Assembly (NCBI RefSeq): GCF_004353825.1
Contig: NZ_SMNA01000006.1
Span: 372,001-436,000, forward strand
Source: Occultella glacieicola
GTDB lineage: Bacteria > Actinomycetota > Actinomycetes > Actinomycetales > Beutenbergiaceae
Length of the DNA stretch: 64,000 nucleotides
Direction of reading: 5' to 3'
This document shows positions 54,647-64,000 of the stretch, in pieces. A model generated the notes under the pieces. That model saw nothing but the letters and a program-made list of their open reading frames with translations, made no database searches and was not told where the DNA came from. The position numbers and the translations under genes were made by a program. The first letter of the stretch is position 1; each line of letters begins with the position of its first letter.

Positions 54647-55660
54647 ATGCCGAACATGGCGGTCCCCAAGAAGAAGGTGACGCTCAGCGACGTCGCGGCG
54701 GTCGCCGGCGTCTCGCTCTCGACCGCCTCCAAGGCACTCAACGGAGGCGGCCGGATTTCGGTGGCCACACGGCAGCGGATCGAGGCGACGGCGCTGCGTC
54801 TCGACTTCCGGCCGAACGGGCTGGCCCAGTCCCTCGCCCTCGGCCGCAGTCGCACGGTGGCCGTGCTCACGGACCGGGCGGAGAGCACGTTCTCCCGGCC
54901 CGTGATCATCGGAGCGGCAACCTATCTCGGTCAGCATGAGCAAGCGGTATTGCTCTACGACGCCCGGCTGCGCCGCCGGGACGACATGGCCGAGAGCATC
55001 CGGGCGCTGAACGCCCGCCGGATCGACGGCGTGCTCGTGGTCGGTGAGGGTCTGCACCACCGGACCCGTTCGGTCACGGCAGAATTCTCGGTGCCGGTCA
55101 CCTATGCGTTCACCCTCTCCGACGAGCCCGACGACGTCAGCTTCGTCCCCGACAACGTCGCGATCGGACGGATGGCCGGTGAGCACCTGCTCGCCCTCGG
55201 CCGGCGACGCATCGCGCACGTCACCGCCGAGGCTGACGACCTGGCGGCCCAGCTGCGGGTCCAGGGGTTGCGCGAGGCCCTGGCCGCTGCCGGGTTGACC
55301 CTCGCCCACGAGGTCCTGCACGGGTCGTGGACCGAGGCGTGGGGACGAACCGCGGCGCAGCGGATCCTCGCGGAGGACTGGCAGGTCGACGCCGTCGTCG
55401 GCGGCAACGACCACATCGCGCGAGGGGTGGAGAACGTCCTCGCGGCGGCCGGTGTGCGGATTCCCCAGGACGTCGCCCTCGTCGGCGTCGATAACTGGGA
55501 GGGGCTGATCATCAACCAGACCGAGCGCCACCTGACCACGATCGACGTCGGGCTGATCGGCATGGGTGAGGCGGCCGCGGCGCACCTGCTCGGCGGCGAG
55601 CAGACCCCGGGAGTGCACTACCAGGCGCCGACCCTGATCGTCGGCGAGACCACCGGCTGA
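54647..55660 (+). CDS. LacI-family transcriptional regulator
   Basis: VTLSDVAAVAGVSLSTASKALN, FRPNGLAQSL, IPQDVALVGVDN; start uncertain. Confidence 0.93.
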   Translation: MPNMAVPKKKVTLSDVAAVAGVSLSTASKALNGGGRISVATRQRIEATALRLDFRPNGLAQSLALGRSRTVAVLTDRAESTFSRPVIIGAATYLGQHEQAVLLYDARLRRRDDMAESIRALNARRIDGVLVVGEGLHHRTRSVTAEFSVPVTYAFTLSDEPDDVSFVPDNVAIGRMAGEHLLALGRRRIAHVTAEADDLAAQLRVQGLREALAAAGLTLAHEVLHGSWTEAWGRTAAQRILAEDWQVDAVVGGNDHIARGVENVLAAAGVRIPQDVALVGVDNWEGLIINQTERHLTTIDVGLIGMGEAAAAHLLGGEQTPGVHYQAPTLIVGETTG

Positions 55661-55666
55661 GGCGCC

Positions 55667-56623
55667 TCAGCCCTTGATCGCCCCGGCGCTACCGGCAGCC
55701 CGGAGGAACTGGCGCTGGAACACCAGGAAGAGCGCGACCGGGATGACCACCGAGACGAACAGTGCCGCCATGAACACGCCGAGGTCGGTGCTGGACTCCA
55801 CCCGCGGCAGCGCCACCGAGATCGGTTGCAGATCGTGGTCCGGCAGGGCCAGCAGGGGCCACAGGAAGTCCTTGTACGCGCCGATGATCGTCAGCAGGGA
55901 CACCACTCCGAGGATCGGCTTGGCGAGCGGCAGGACCAGGCTCCAGAACACCCGGAAGGAACCTGCGCCGTCGATCCGGGCAGCCTCGAAGAGCTCGCGT
56001 GGGATGGCCTGGAAGTACCGCGAGACGAGCAGCACGTTGAACGCGCTCGCCGACGCCGGGAGCCAGACCGCCCAGAACGAGTTCAGCAGGTTCACGTTCA
56101 GCAGCGGCAGATTCACCACGGTGAGGTACAAGGCGACCAGCGAGATCACGCCCGGGATGAACAGGGTCGCCAGGACTGCGATCTCGACCACCTTCGCGTA
56201 GGCGGGTCGCAGGATCGCGATGCCATAGCCGCCCGTCGTGGCGACGAGGAGCCCGAAGAACCACGAACCGGCACAGATGATGAGCGTGTTGCGCAGGTAG
56301 GTGCCGAACCTGACCGTGCTCCACGCGGCGGTCACGTTCTCCCAGTGCAGCCCGCTCGGCCACAGGCCGAACGGCTGGGCGAGGGTCTCCGTCGAGGTGG
56401 ACGTCGCCGCCTTGAAGAGCCAGAACAGCGGTCCGGCGCACGTGACCACGAGCGCGACCAGCAGCAGTCCCCCGGCGACGGCCACCACGCCGCGCACGAG
56501 CGGCGACTTGCGGTCCATCGTGGAGATGATGCTGCGCTCGTCGCGCACGTCCTCCGCCGGGGCGCGGCGCCGACGGGCCCGGGTCGGCTCCGCGGTCGCC
56601 GGCTCGGTCGTCACGTTCGTCAT
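55667..56623 (-). CDS. Carbohydrate ABC transporter permease
   Basis: IPRELFEAARIDGAG, DFLWPLL. Confidence 0.92.
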   Translation of the reverse strand: MTNVTTEPATAEPTRARRRRAPAEDVRDERSIISTMDRKSPLVRGVVAVAGGLLLVALVVTCAGPLFWLFKAATSTSTETLAQPFGLWPSGLHWENVTAAWSTVRFGTYLRNTLIICAGSWFFGLLVATTGGYGIAILRPAYAKVVEIAVLATLFIPGVISLVALYLTVVNLPLLNVNLLNSFWAVWLPASASAFNVLLVSRYFQAIPRELFEAARIDGAGSFRVFWSLVLPLAKPILGVVSLLTIIGAYKDFLWPLLALPDHDLQPISVALPRVESSTDLGVFMAALFVSVVIPVALFLVFQRQFLRAAGSAGAIKG

Positions 56624-57564
56624 GAGGTGCTCCAACGTCGGGTGGCCCACAGGTAGATCGCCGAGAGCAGCGACAGCGCCAGCGCGAGGAGCAGGCTCAG
56701 CGCGGTGGCCCGGCCGTAGTCCCCGGAGACGAAGGCATAGCGGTAGATGAGCAGGAGCAGGGTCATGCTCCGGTTCTCGGGCCCCCCGCCGGTCATGATG
56801 TACGGCTCGGTGAACACCTGGAACGTCCCGATCAGCTGCAGCAGCAGCATGATGAGCAGGATGCCCCGCATCTGCGGCAGGGTGACGTGCCAGAACCTGC
56901 GCAGGATGCTCGCGCCGTCGATCTCGGCGGCCTCGTAGAGCTCGGTCCGGATCGTCATCAGCGTCGCGAGATAGATGATGACGGCCGTGCCGAAGCTGGC
57001 CCAGGTGGCCTGCACGACGATCGCGGGGATGACCAGGTCCGGGTCGTTGAGCCAGGGCAGCGGCCCGAGACCGAACCACCCGAGGATGGTGTTGAACAAG
57101 CCGGCCTCGTCGGGACGGTAGAAGGTCTTCCAGAGCAGCACCGAGACCACCGGCGGGATGATCACCGGCAGGTAGGCGAGCACCGAGGCGAACCCGCGGG
57201 TCCGGCGCATCTCCGCGATGAGCACGGCGAGCAGGATCGGCACCGGGAACCCGATCGCGACGGCGAGCAGCGTGAAGTAGGTGGTGTTCCAGACCGCGGT
57301 CAGCAGGAGCGGGTCGGCCAGGACCCGCTCGAAGTTCGCAAGTCCGACCCACTCCGTGACGATGAAGTTCGTCTGCTGGAGGCTGAGCACGAGGCTGCGC
57401 AGGATCGGCCACCAGGAGAAGTACGCGAACGTGAGCAGCAGCGGCAGGAAGAACACCAGGGTGGTCAGACCACCGCGGCGCACCCAGGCCACCGCTGAGG
57501 GTCGGCGCCGCACCGGGCGAGCCCGGGTCCGGGCAGCGGTGGGCGGGTCATCGAGGGCAACCAT
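56620..57564 (-). CDS. Carbohydrate ABC transporter permease
   Basis: WVGLANF, ELYEAAEIDGAS, HVTLP, MTGGGP; GGAGG 5 nt before ATG 57564. Confidence 0.92.
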   Translation of the reverse strand: MVALDDPPTAARTRARPVRRRPSAVAWVRRGGLTTLVFFLPLLLTFAYFSWWPILRSLVLSLQQTNFIVTEWVGLANFERVLADPLLLTAVWNTTYFTLLAVAIGFPVPILLAVLIAEMRRTRGFASVLAYLPVIIPPVVSVLLWKTFYRPDEAGLFNTILGWFGLGPLPWLNDPDLVIPAIVVQATWASFGTAVIIYLATLMTIRTELYEAAEIDGASILRRFWHVTLPQMRGILLIMLLLQLIGTFQVFTEPYIMTGGGPENRSMTLLLLIYRYAFVSGDYGRATALSLLLALALSLLSAIYLWATRRWSTS

Positions 57565-57583
57565 GCAGGCCTCCGGTCGTGAG

Positions 57584-57617
57584 GCGGTGGCGCGGCCCTC
57601 GCGGACCGCGCCACCGC
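57584..57617 (-). other. Intercistronic stem-loop after the solute-binding protein gene
   Basis: Perfect 12-bp IR GCGGTGGCGCGG-N10-CCGCGCCACCGC; typical mRNA stabiliser position. Confidence 0.6.
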
Positions 57618-57623
57618 GCGTGG

Positions 57624-59012
57624 TCATCCGACGTCGAGCGCTGCCTGGATCGTGTTCTGCGCGTCACCGAGCAGTTGCGGAATGTCCGCGTCCTCACGGG
57701 TCAGGACGGCCTGGACGACGGGGTCGAGCGTGGCGTACAGCTCCTGCGCCTTGACCGCCGGCTCAGGGATCAGCGGGATCTCCTCGACCGTGCTCAGGTA
57801 CAGCTCGAAGTTCTCCCGCGGCACGTTGATCAGCGAGTCGATCCAGCCGAGGTACTGCTCGTTGACCTCCTCGTTCACGACCGGCAGGCCCGGCGCCGCG
57901 ACCGCGAGGCCGTCCGCGATCCGGGCCTCGGCGTTGGCCACGGCGACCTCCTCGTCCGTGTACTGCAGGAAACTCTTGAACTCGATCCACTCGAGCCCCG
58001 CCGCGATCTCCTCGGGGGTCGCGGTGGGGTTGATGATCGAGATGGTCCCGCCGCCGAGGGTACCGAGACCGTCATCGGTCTGCGGGAGCGGTGCCACGCC
58101 GAAGTCCTGCGGGTCCATGCCCCGGTTCACCACCATGTTGCTGTAGTTGTCGGCGCCTTGGACGAACATGCCCATCTGTCCGGCAGCGAACGCGTTCACG
58201 GCGTCGTCGTAGTTGAGCAGGAAGTTCGACCCCATGCTGTTGTCCTCCCAGCGCAGCGACCGGTAGAACTCCAGGACCTCGGTGGTGGCCGGGTTGTCGA
58301 GGGTGGCCGTCGTGCCGTCGTCGCTCTGCATCGTGCTGCCGAACGCGTAGGACATCGTGGACAGGATCCAGCCACCGGTGTTGTCCAGGGTCATGGTGCC
58401 GAATCCCTGGGCGTCGGTGGCTTCGTCGATCGTCTGAGCTGCGCTCCGGACCTCATCCCAGGTCTGCGGCGGGGCGTCCGGGTCGAGGCCGGCCTGCTCG
58501 AACAGGGCCCGGTTGTACAGCAGGCCCATGGTGTAGGCCGCGATCGGCACGCCGTAGATGCGGCCGTCGGCATCGGTGACCACGTCCATCACGGTCGGGT
58601 TGAGCTGCTCGAGAACCGTGCTGCCGGTGATCTGGTCCGTGACATCGGCGACCTGCCCGCGCTCGATCAGCGCGCCGATCTCGGTGAACGGGACCTGCAT
58701 GACCGTGGGCATGGTGCCGCCCGCGAGCAGTGCCTGGAAGGTGTCCGCCTCCCACTGGGTCTCCTCCGCCTCCACGGTGATGTTGTCGTGCTCGGCGCTG
58801 AAGTCCTCGACCTGGCGCTCGAAGTCGGCGCGCTGCTCGGGGTTCTCGGTCGTTGGCATGCCGCCGACGGAGATGGTGACCGGCGCGTCGGTGTCGACCG
58901 GAGCCCCGTCGGTCGGGTCGTCCCCGCTGCCCCCTCCGCTGCATGCGGAGAGGAACACGGCGGCAACGCCAAGGAGAGCGAGCGGTGCCGCTCGTCGGGT
59001 CGTGCGTCTCAT
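57624..59012 (-). CDS. Carbohydrate ABC transporter solute-binding lipoprotein
   Basis: LSAC lipobox, DGRIYGVP, LYNRALFEQAGL..PQTWDE; AAGGAG RBS. Confidence 0.92.
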   Translation of the reverse strand: MRRTTRRAAPLALLGVAAVFLSACSGGGSGDDPTDGAPVDTDAPVTISVGGMPTTENPEQRADFERQVEDFSAEHDNITVEAEETQWEADTFQALLAGGTMPTVMQVPFTEIGALIERGQVADVTDQITGSTVLEQLNPTVMDVVTDADGRIYGVPIAAYTMGLLYNRALFEQAGLDPDAPPQTWDEVRSAAQTIDEATDAQGFGTMTLDNTGGWILSTMSYAFGSTMQSDDGTTATLDNPATTEVLEFYRSLRWEDNSMGSNFLLNYDDAVNAFAAGQMGMFVQGADNYSNMVVNRGMDPQDFGVAPLPQTDDGLGTLGGGTISIINPTATPEEIAAGLEWIEFKSFLQYTDEEVAVANAEARIADGLAVAAPGLPVVNEEVNEQYLGWIDSLINVPRENFELYLSTVEEIPLIPEPAVKAQELYATLDPVVQAVLTREDADIPQLLGDAQNTIQAALDVG

Positions 59013-59050
59013 CGTTGAAACTCCTTCAGGGTTGGATAACTTCGAACCGG

Positions 59051-60316
59051 TCAGGGGGCGATGAGCCCCCCATCGAGGCCACGCACCTGCGCGGCCCATT
59101 CGTCGTGCCTGGACAGTTCCGCGGGGAAGCGGGCGGCGGCGGCCTCGTCGAGGTCGATCCCCCACCCGGGCGCCTGGTTCGGCCGGAGCCAGCCCTGCTC
59201 GATGCGGAGCGTCCCCGGGAACACCTCGTGAACCGCATCGGAGTACACGTGACCCTCCTGGATCCCGAACGCGGGGGAGGTCACGTCGAGGGCGACGTTC
59301 GCCGCGGCCCCGATCGGAGAGGTGTCCCCGGGCGCGTGCCACGCGGTGCGCACTCCGACGAGCTCGGCGGCCGCGGCCAGCTTCCGTGCCGGGGTGAGGC
59401 CACCGAGCATGGACACGTGCGAGCGGATCAGGTCCACACCCCCGCCGAGGACCAGCCGGCTCGCGTCCGTCATCGACGTGGTCAGTTCGCCGACCGCGAT
59501 CGGCACCGGGGAGGCCGCCCGGACCTGGGGCAGTGCGTCCCAGTGCTCCGGCGGCAGCACGTCCTCGAGGAAGAACAGCCGGTAGGGCTCGAGGGCGCGA
59601 GCGAGCGTGACCGCCTGCTTCGGGTCCAGCCTGGAGTGGACGTCGTGCAGCAGTTCGACGTCCTGCCCCAGTCGCTCGCGCGCGGCCTCGAACAGTCGCG
59701 GCGTACGGCGCAGGTACTCGGTGACCCGCCAGCCGCGCGGGTAGGGCGCCGTGGCGTCGGTGACGGCGTCGAGCCTCGGCGCCCCGTAGCTGCCGGCACC
59801 CGGCTGGGCGACCTGCAGCCGCACGTGCCGCCACCCGGCCGCGACGAAGCGCTCGGCCTGCTCGAGGGTCTGGTCGATGTCCGCTCCACCGGCGTGGATG
59901 TAGGTGTCCGCGGCGCCCCGCACCCGCCCGCCGAGCAGTTCGTGGACCGGGCGTCCGGCCCGTTTGCCGGCGATGTCCCAGAGCGCCTGGTCGAGCCCGG
60001 AGATGGCGTTGTTGCCCACCGGTCCCTCGCGCCAGTACCCGGAGAATCGGGCGAGCCGGGTCAGGTCCTCGATGTCACCCGGGTACCGGCCGATGACGAG
60101 GCGGGCGAGGTGCTCCTCGACGACCGTGACGACGGCACGCCACCGCTGGGTGAACGTGGCACAGCCAAGCCCGTACAGACCCTCGTCCGAGGTGTCCACC
60201 CGGACCACCACGAGCGGGATGCCCTCCGGTGCGGTCACGATCGCGCGCACCCCTGTGATCCGCAGGTCCGCTGGGGCGTCCCACGGCTGCGCGAACGCGC
60301 TCGTCCGGTCGGTCAT
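59051..60316 (-). CDS. Enolase-superfamily acid-sugar dehydratase (RspA/ManD subgroup)
   Basis: GLYGLGCATF, DQALWDI.GK, HVRLQ, LLHDVH, FFLED, AVGE, WHAPGD, IQE. Confidence 0.88.
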   Translation of the reverse strand: MTDRTSAFAQPWDAPADLRITGVRAIVTAPEGIPLVVVRVDTSDEGLYGLGCATFTQRWRAVVTVVEEHLARLVIGRYPGDIEDLTRLARFSGYWREGPVGNNAISGLDQALWDIAGKRAGRPVHELLGGRVRGAADTYIHAGGADIDQTLEQAERFVAAGWRHVRLQVAQPGAGSYGAPRLDAVTDATAPYPRGWRVTEYLRRTPRLFEAARERLGQDVELLHDVHSRLDPKQAVTLARALEPYRLFFLEDVLPPEHWDALPQVRAASPVPIAVGELTTSMTDASRLVLGGGVDLIRSHVSMLGGLTPARKLAAAAELVGVRTAWHAPGDTSPIGAAANVALDVTSPAFGIQEGHVYSDAVHEVFPGTLRIEQGWLRPNQAPGWGIDLDEAAAARFPAELSRHDEWAAQVRGLDGGLIAP

Positions 60317-61248
60317 GGCAGGACCCCGGCCGGCGCCGGTGCTGAGCCGTAGCCCGTGGGCGCATGGATCGAGTGCCGGGGCCGGAAGCCGAGCAGATCG
60401 GTCGCCCGGGTGGTGTCGATCAGACTGCTGCGGCCGGGCAACGCCCGACGGCGGGGCACCCCCGGTGCGTATCGGTCCAGCAGGGTGGTCGTGTCGGTCG
60501 TGAGCAACGTGTCCGCGGCGGACACCCCCACCACGTGGGCGCCCTCGAACGGTGCGACCAGGCCCACGAGCACCACGCCCACGGCGTCCCGCAGGTCCAG
60601 GTAGGACCAGCCCTCCCTGGCCATGCGAGCGGGGTCACGCGAGGCCTGCGCCGCGTACCGGCGCTGGTCGTCCGCGGCGGCCACGTGCGGGAAGCGGAGG
60701 GCGACCACGTCGATGCCCCAGTGGCTGGCCACCATCGCCGCGGTCAGTTCGTCGCTGCGCTTGGACAGCGAGTACCAGTCGTCGATCTGGGTCGGGATGT
60801 CCTCGTCGATCGGGTAGTACGCGGGCTCCACATCGTGGTGGTTCATCGGGACGCCGAACGCGTTGATGCTGCTCGCGATCACGGCGCGGCGGATGCCGCG
60901 CTGTCCGGCCTGGGAGAGGACGTTGAACGTGGCGTCCGTGTTCGTCCGGTACACCTCGTAGGGCGGCGCGAGGTCACGGTGGGCGATCGCGCCGAGGTGC
61001 ACCACGGCATCGGCATCGGCGAGACCATCCGCCACATCGCCGGCGTCGGTGGCGTCGCCGGTCACGATCCGATCGGCCGGGCTCGGCCGGCCCCACGTCG
61101 GGGACAGCGCCGTGACCGGCACTCCGTCCGCCACCAGCGCAGCGACCACGGCTCGTCCGATCAGGCCGTCCGCACCGGTGACGAACACCCGACCGGGCCG
61201 GGCGACCGACGGGTCGGACCAGGCGTCCGCGGGCTCAGACGGGTTCAC
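60313..61248 (-). CDS. NAD-dependent epimerase/dehydratase family protein
   Basis: VTGADGLIG, VVHLGA, ASS, YSLSK. Confidence 0.88.
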   Translation of the reverse strand: MNPSEPADAWSDPSVARPGRVFVTGADGLIGRAVVAALVADGVPVTALSPTWGRPSPADRIVTGDATDAGDVADGLADADAVVHLGAIAHRDLAPPYEVYRTNTDATFNVLSQAGQRGIRRAVIASSINAFGVPMNHHDVEPAYYPIDEDIPTQIDDWYSLSKRSDELTAAMVASHWGIDVVALRFPHVAAADDQRRYAAQASRDPARMAREGWSYLDLRDAVGVVLVGLVAPFEGAHVVGVSAADTLLTTDTTTLLDRYAPGVPRRRALPGRSSLIDTTRATDLLGFRPRHSIHAPTGYGSAPAPAGVLP

Positions 61249-61307
61249 GGGGGTCCCTTCGGCGACGTTGCTCGGGTCTCGGCCGTTTCGCGCGAACCTG
61301 AGATCGA

Positions 61308-61391
61308 GCGAAAGTGCTTTCGCAACCGAGCATGGTGCCTACAGTCATCACTTGTCAATACCCGATTCCAAGGCTGGGAAAGCGCCATACC
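61308..61391 (-). promoter_or_regulatory. Promoter and LacI operators of the sugar-acid operon
   Basis: GCGAAAGTGCTTTCGC (61308-61323); minus-strand TTGACA (61358-61353)-N18-CATGCT; weaker site GGAAAGCGCCATACC (61377-61391). Confidence 0.7.
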
Positions 61392-61574
61392 CGATTCACG
61401 CGGAGACCCTCGCCCGCTGCCACGCTCGGTCGCCGCGCCGACCACGCCGAACCGGGGCCGCGCCCCACCGCCCCCGATCCGTGACGCGGATCATCCGATA
61501 TGACGATGCGCAATGTCAGACCCCTGATCTAACCTCGACGACGGCTCGAACCTCACCCCTGGGAGCACCTCCTC

Positions 61575-63311
61575 ATGACCTTGCTTCGCCTCTCGCTTCG
61601 CTATGCCTCCCCGTACAGACGGTGGGTGGCCGCAGTCGTCGTTCTGCAGCTCATCTCCACCATCGCCGCGCTGTACCTGCCCAGCCTCAACGGCCGCATC
61701 ATCGACGAGGGGGTCAGCACCGGCAACGTCGACCTGATCTGGGAACTCGGCCGACAGATGCTGATCTGGTGCGGCGTCCAGGCCGTCACCGCCGTCGCCG
61801 CCGTCTACTTCGGCGCGAAGACCGCGATGGCGGTCGGTCGCGACATCCGTCGCGACATCTACCGCAAGGTGGACAGCCTCGGCGCCCTGGACATCTCCTC
61901 CATCGGCACCGGCTCGTTGATCACCCGCAACACGAACGACGTGCAGCAGGTGCAGATGCTCGTGCTGATGACGCTGAACTTCATGGTGTCCACACCGATC
62001 ATGTGTATCGGCGGCATCATCATGGCCCTGCGTGAGGACCCGGGCCTGTCCTGGCTCGTGTGGGTCTCCGTTCCCTTCCTGTTCCTCATCGTCGGTCTCC
62101 TGGTCCGGATCCTGCTCCCCCTGTTCCGGACGATGCAGGAACGTATCGACCGGATCAACGACGTGACGCGCGAGCAGATCGTGGGGCTGCGGGTGATCCG
62201 CGCCTTCGTGCGCGAGCCGTTCGAACAGGATCGCTACCGCGACGCGAACGCGGCGATCACCGAGACCTCCATCAAGGTCGGCAACGTCTTCGTGCTGATG
62301 TTCCCGGTCATCATGATGGTGCTGCACATCGTCACGGCGGCCGTGCTGTGGTTCGGTGGCTACCGCGTGGATGCCGGCCAGATGGACGTGGGCCAGCTGA
62401 GCGCGTTCCTGCAGTACGTGCTGCAGATCCTCGTGGCCGTGATGATGGGCACGTTCATGGTCATGATGATCCCCCGGGCCGTGGTCTGTGCCGAGCGCAT
62501 CGACGAACTGCTCGCGACCGAGACCTCGATGCCGGTCCGCGAGCGTGGCTCGGAGGACTTCCCGGCCAACGGGCGGGTGGTCTTCGACCACGTCAGCTTC
62601 GGGTATCCCGGCGCCGAGCTTCCGGTGCTCGACGACGTCAGTTTCGTCGCCGAGCCGGGCACCACGACGGCGATCGTCGGGTCGACCGGAGCGGGCAAGA
62701 CCACGCTGGTCAAGCTCATCCCCCGGCTGTTCGACCCGCAGCAGGGTGAGGTGACGATCGACGGCGTCTCCGTGGGTTCGCTCACCCGTCACCAGATCGC
62801 GGGGCTCGTCGGGCTCGTTCCGCAGCAGCCGTATCTGTTCTCGGGGACGATCGGCTCGAACCTCCGGTTCGGCAACACCGAGGCCGACGAGGACGACCTG
62901 TGGGAGGCGCTGGAGGTCGCGCAGGGCGCCGACTTCGTCCGCGACAAGCCCGGCGGGCTCGACGCGAAGGTCGCCCAGGGCGGCACGAACGTCTCCGGCG
63001 GTCAGCGGCAGCGGCTGTGCATCGCCCGGGCGCTCGTCGCGCGGCCCCGGGTGTACGTCTTCGACGACTCCTTCTCCGCCCTCGACGTCGCGACCGACGC
63101 CCGCCTGCGGGCCGCACTCGACAAGGCCACCGGCGGCGCGACCGTGATCATCGTGGCCCAGCGGATCTCCACGATCTCCGAGGCGGACAACATCGTGGTC
63201 CTCGACGGTGGCGCCGTGGTCGGACAGGGCCGTCACGAGGAACTCCTCGAGTCCAACGAGACCTACCGCGAGATCGTCGAGTCACAGATGAGCATCGAGG
63301 CCGCACGATGA
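61575..63311 (+). CDS. Heterodimeric ABC exporter half-transporter (TMD+NBD, degenerate site)
   Basis: SLITRNTND, GSTGAGKT, VSGGQRQR, FDDSFSALD (E to D), VAQR (H to Q). Confidence 0.92.
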   Translation: MTLLRLSLRYASPYRRWVAAVVVLQLISTIAALYLPSLNGRIIDEGVSTGNVDLIWELGRQMLIWCGVQAVTAVAAVYFGAKTAMAVGRDIRRDIYRKVDSLGALDISSIGTGSLITRNTNDVQQVQMLVLMTLNFMVSTPIMCIGGIIMALREDPGLSWLVWVSVPFLFLIVGLLVRILLPLFRTMQERIDRINDVTREQIVGLRVIRAFVREPFEQDRYRDANAAITETSIKVGNVFVLMFPVIMMVLHIVTAAVLWFGGYRVDAGQMDVGQLSAFLQYVLQILVAVMMGTFMVMMIPRAVVCAERIDELLATETSMPVRERGSEDFPANGRVVFDHVSFGYPGAELPVLDDVSFVAEPGTTTAIVGSTGAGKTTLVKLIPRLFDPQQGEVTIDGVSVGSLTRHQIAGLVGLVPQQPYLFSGTIGSNLRFGNTEADEDDLWEALEVAQGADFVRDKPGGLDAKVAQGGTNVSGGQRQRLCIARALVARPRVYVFDDSFSALDVATDARLRAALDKATGGATVIIVAQRISTISEADNIVVLDGGAVVGQGRHEELLESNETYREIVESQMSIEAAR

Positions 63312-64000
63312 CCGCCCGCAGATCCTCCGAGGAGAACCCGAACGTGAACGACAAGCCGCTCGACCCGGTCGACCGCCGGGGCGGGCCGGCCGCGAAGCCG
63401 GCCTCCGCCGTCGCCGTGGCGGACGCACCCGAGGACGACCTGGAGCAGGAGTTCGTCCCCGGCGAGGACGACATGGGGATGTTCGGCGAGGGCGCCCCGG
63501 CGCGCAAGCCGAAGGCCTTCTGGCCGTCGGCGAAGCGGCTGTTCGGGCTGTTCGGTCCGCACCGGGTGCGGTTCGCCCTGGTCGTGGTGCTGGTGGCCGC
63601 CTCCGTGGTGCTGACGGTGATCGCGCCCAAGGTGCTCGGTCAGGCCATGGACGTGATCTTCGACGGCGCCATCGGGCTCCAGCTGGACGACCAGTTCCCC
63701 GGCCTCACCCTCCCGGAGATCATCGAGGTCCTGCGCGCGACGGGTGACCCGACGTCGGTCCAGTTCGCGGACGTGCTGGCCGGCGCCTCGAACATCGTGC
63801 CGGGCATGGGGATCGACTTCGCGCTGCTCGCCCGGCTCATCCTCACCGTGCTGGCCATGTACGTGGTCGCCTCGGTGCTGATGTGGGCGCAGGGGTTCAT
63901 CCTGAACGCGCTCACCATGCGGGTCATCTACGACCTGCGTCGGGAGATCGAGGAGAAGATCCACCGGCTGCCTCTGTCCTACTTCGACACCCGGCAGCGC
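63308..64000 (+). CDS. ABC exporter partner half-transporter, 5' part (runs off the window)
   Basis: ATGA overlap; KPKAFWPSAKRL, VIAPKVLGQAMD, DLRREIEEKIHRLPLSYFD. Confidence 0.9.
   Translation, partial: MTARRSSEENPNVNDKPLDPVDRRGGPAAKPASAVAVADAPEDDLEQEFVPGEDDMGMFGEGAPARKPKAFWPSAKRLFGLFGPHRVRFALVVVLVAASVVLTVIAPKVLGQAMDVIFDGAIGLQLDDQFPGLTLPEIIEVLRATGDPTSVQFADVLAGASNIVPGMGIDFALLARLILTVLAMYVVASVLMWAQGFILNALTMRVIYDLRREIEEKIHRLPLSYFDTRQR

Overview
This is a 64 kb chromosomal window from a high-GC actinobacterium (probably Micrococcales, by inference from gene content and frequent leaderless TANNNT promoters). It holds about 65 CDS and no rRNA, tRNA, CRISPR array or intact transposase. Housekeeping and accessory genes include two Y-family DNA polymerases, three aldo/keto reductases, osmoprotectant, sugar and export ABC systems, MFS/SulP/CDF/APC/DMT transporters and many one-component regulators. 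Many of the regulators have visible operators. The most unusual items are: (i) an ORF-less 421-bp MITE-like element with terminal inverted repeats and a near 9-bp target duplication (6294-6714); (ii) a steric-gate-less DinB2-type polymerase plus a LexA-boxed DinB3-type paralogue; (iii) a tandem glycine riboswitch in front of an EamA/DMT transporter; (iv) a stand-alone membrane-anchored prokaryotic YEATS-like protein; (v) a DUF4397 / class F sortase / SigK-like sigma / RskA operon; (vi) a secreted GH3 N-acetylhexosaminidase fused to a ScyD/ScyE-like propeller; (vii) a roughly 11 kb general-stress island (YbdK-like ligase coupled to topoisomerase IB, CsbD, STAS, GAF-ANTAR, Fur-Dps, metallothionein-like protein, PfpI) ending in a degenerate GGDEF-like plus atypical STAS pair behind a CRP-type site; and (viii) a HEAT-repeat / MerR-HEAT operon with a textbook MerR promoter. 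All family calls were made by eye from motifs; no database searches were run.
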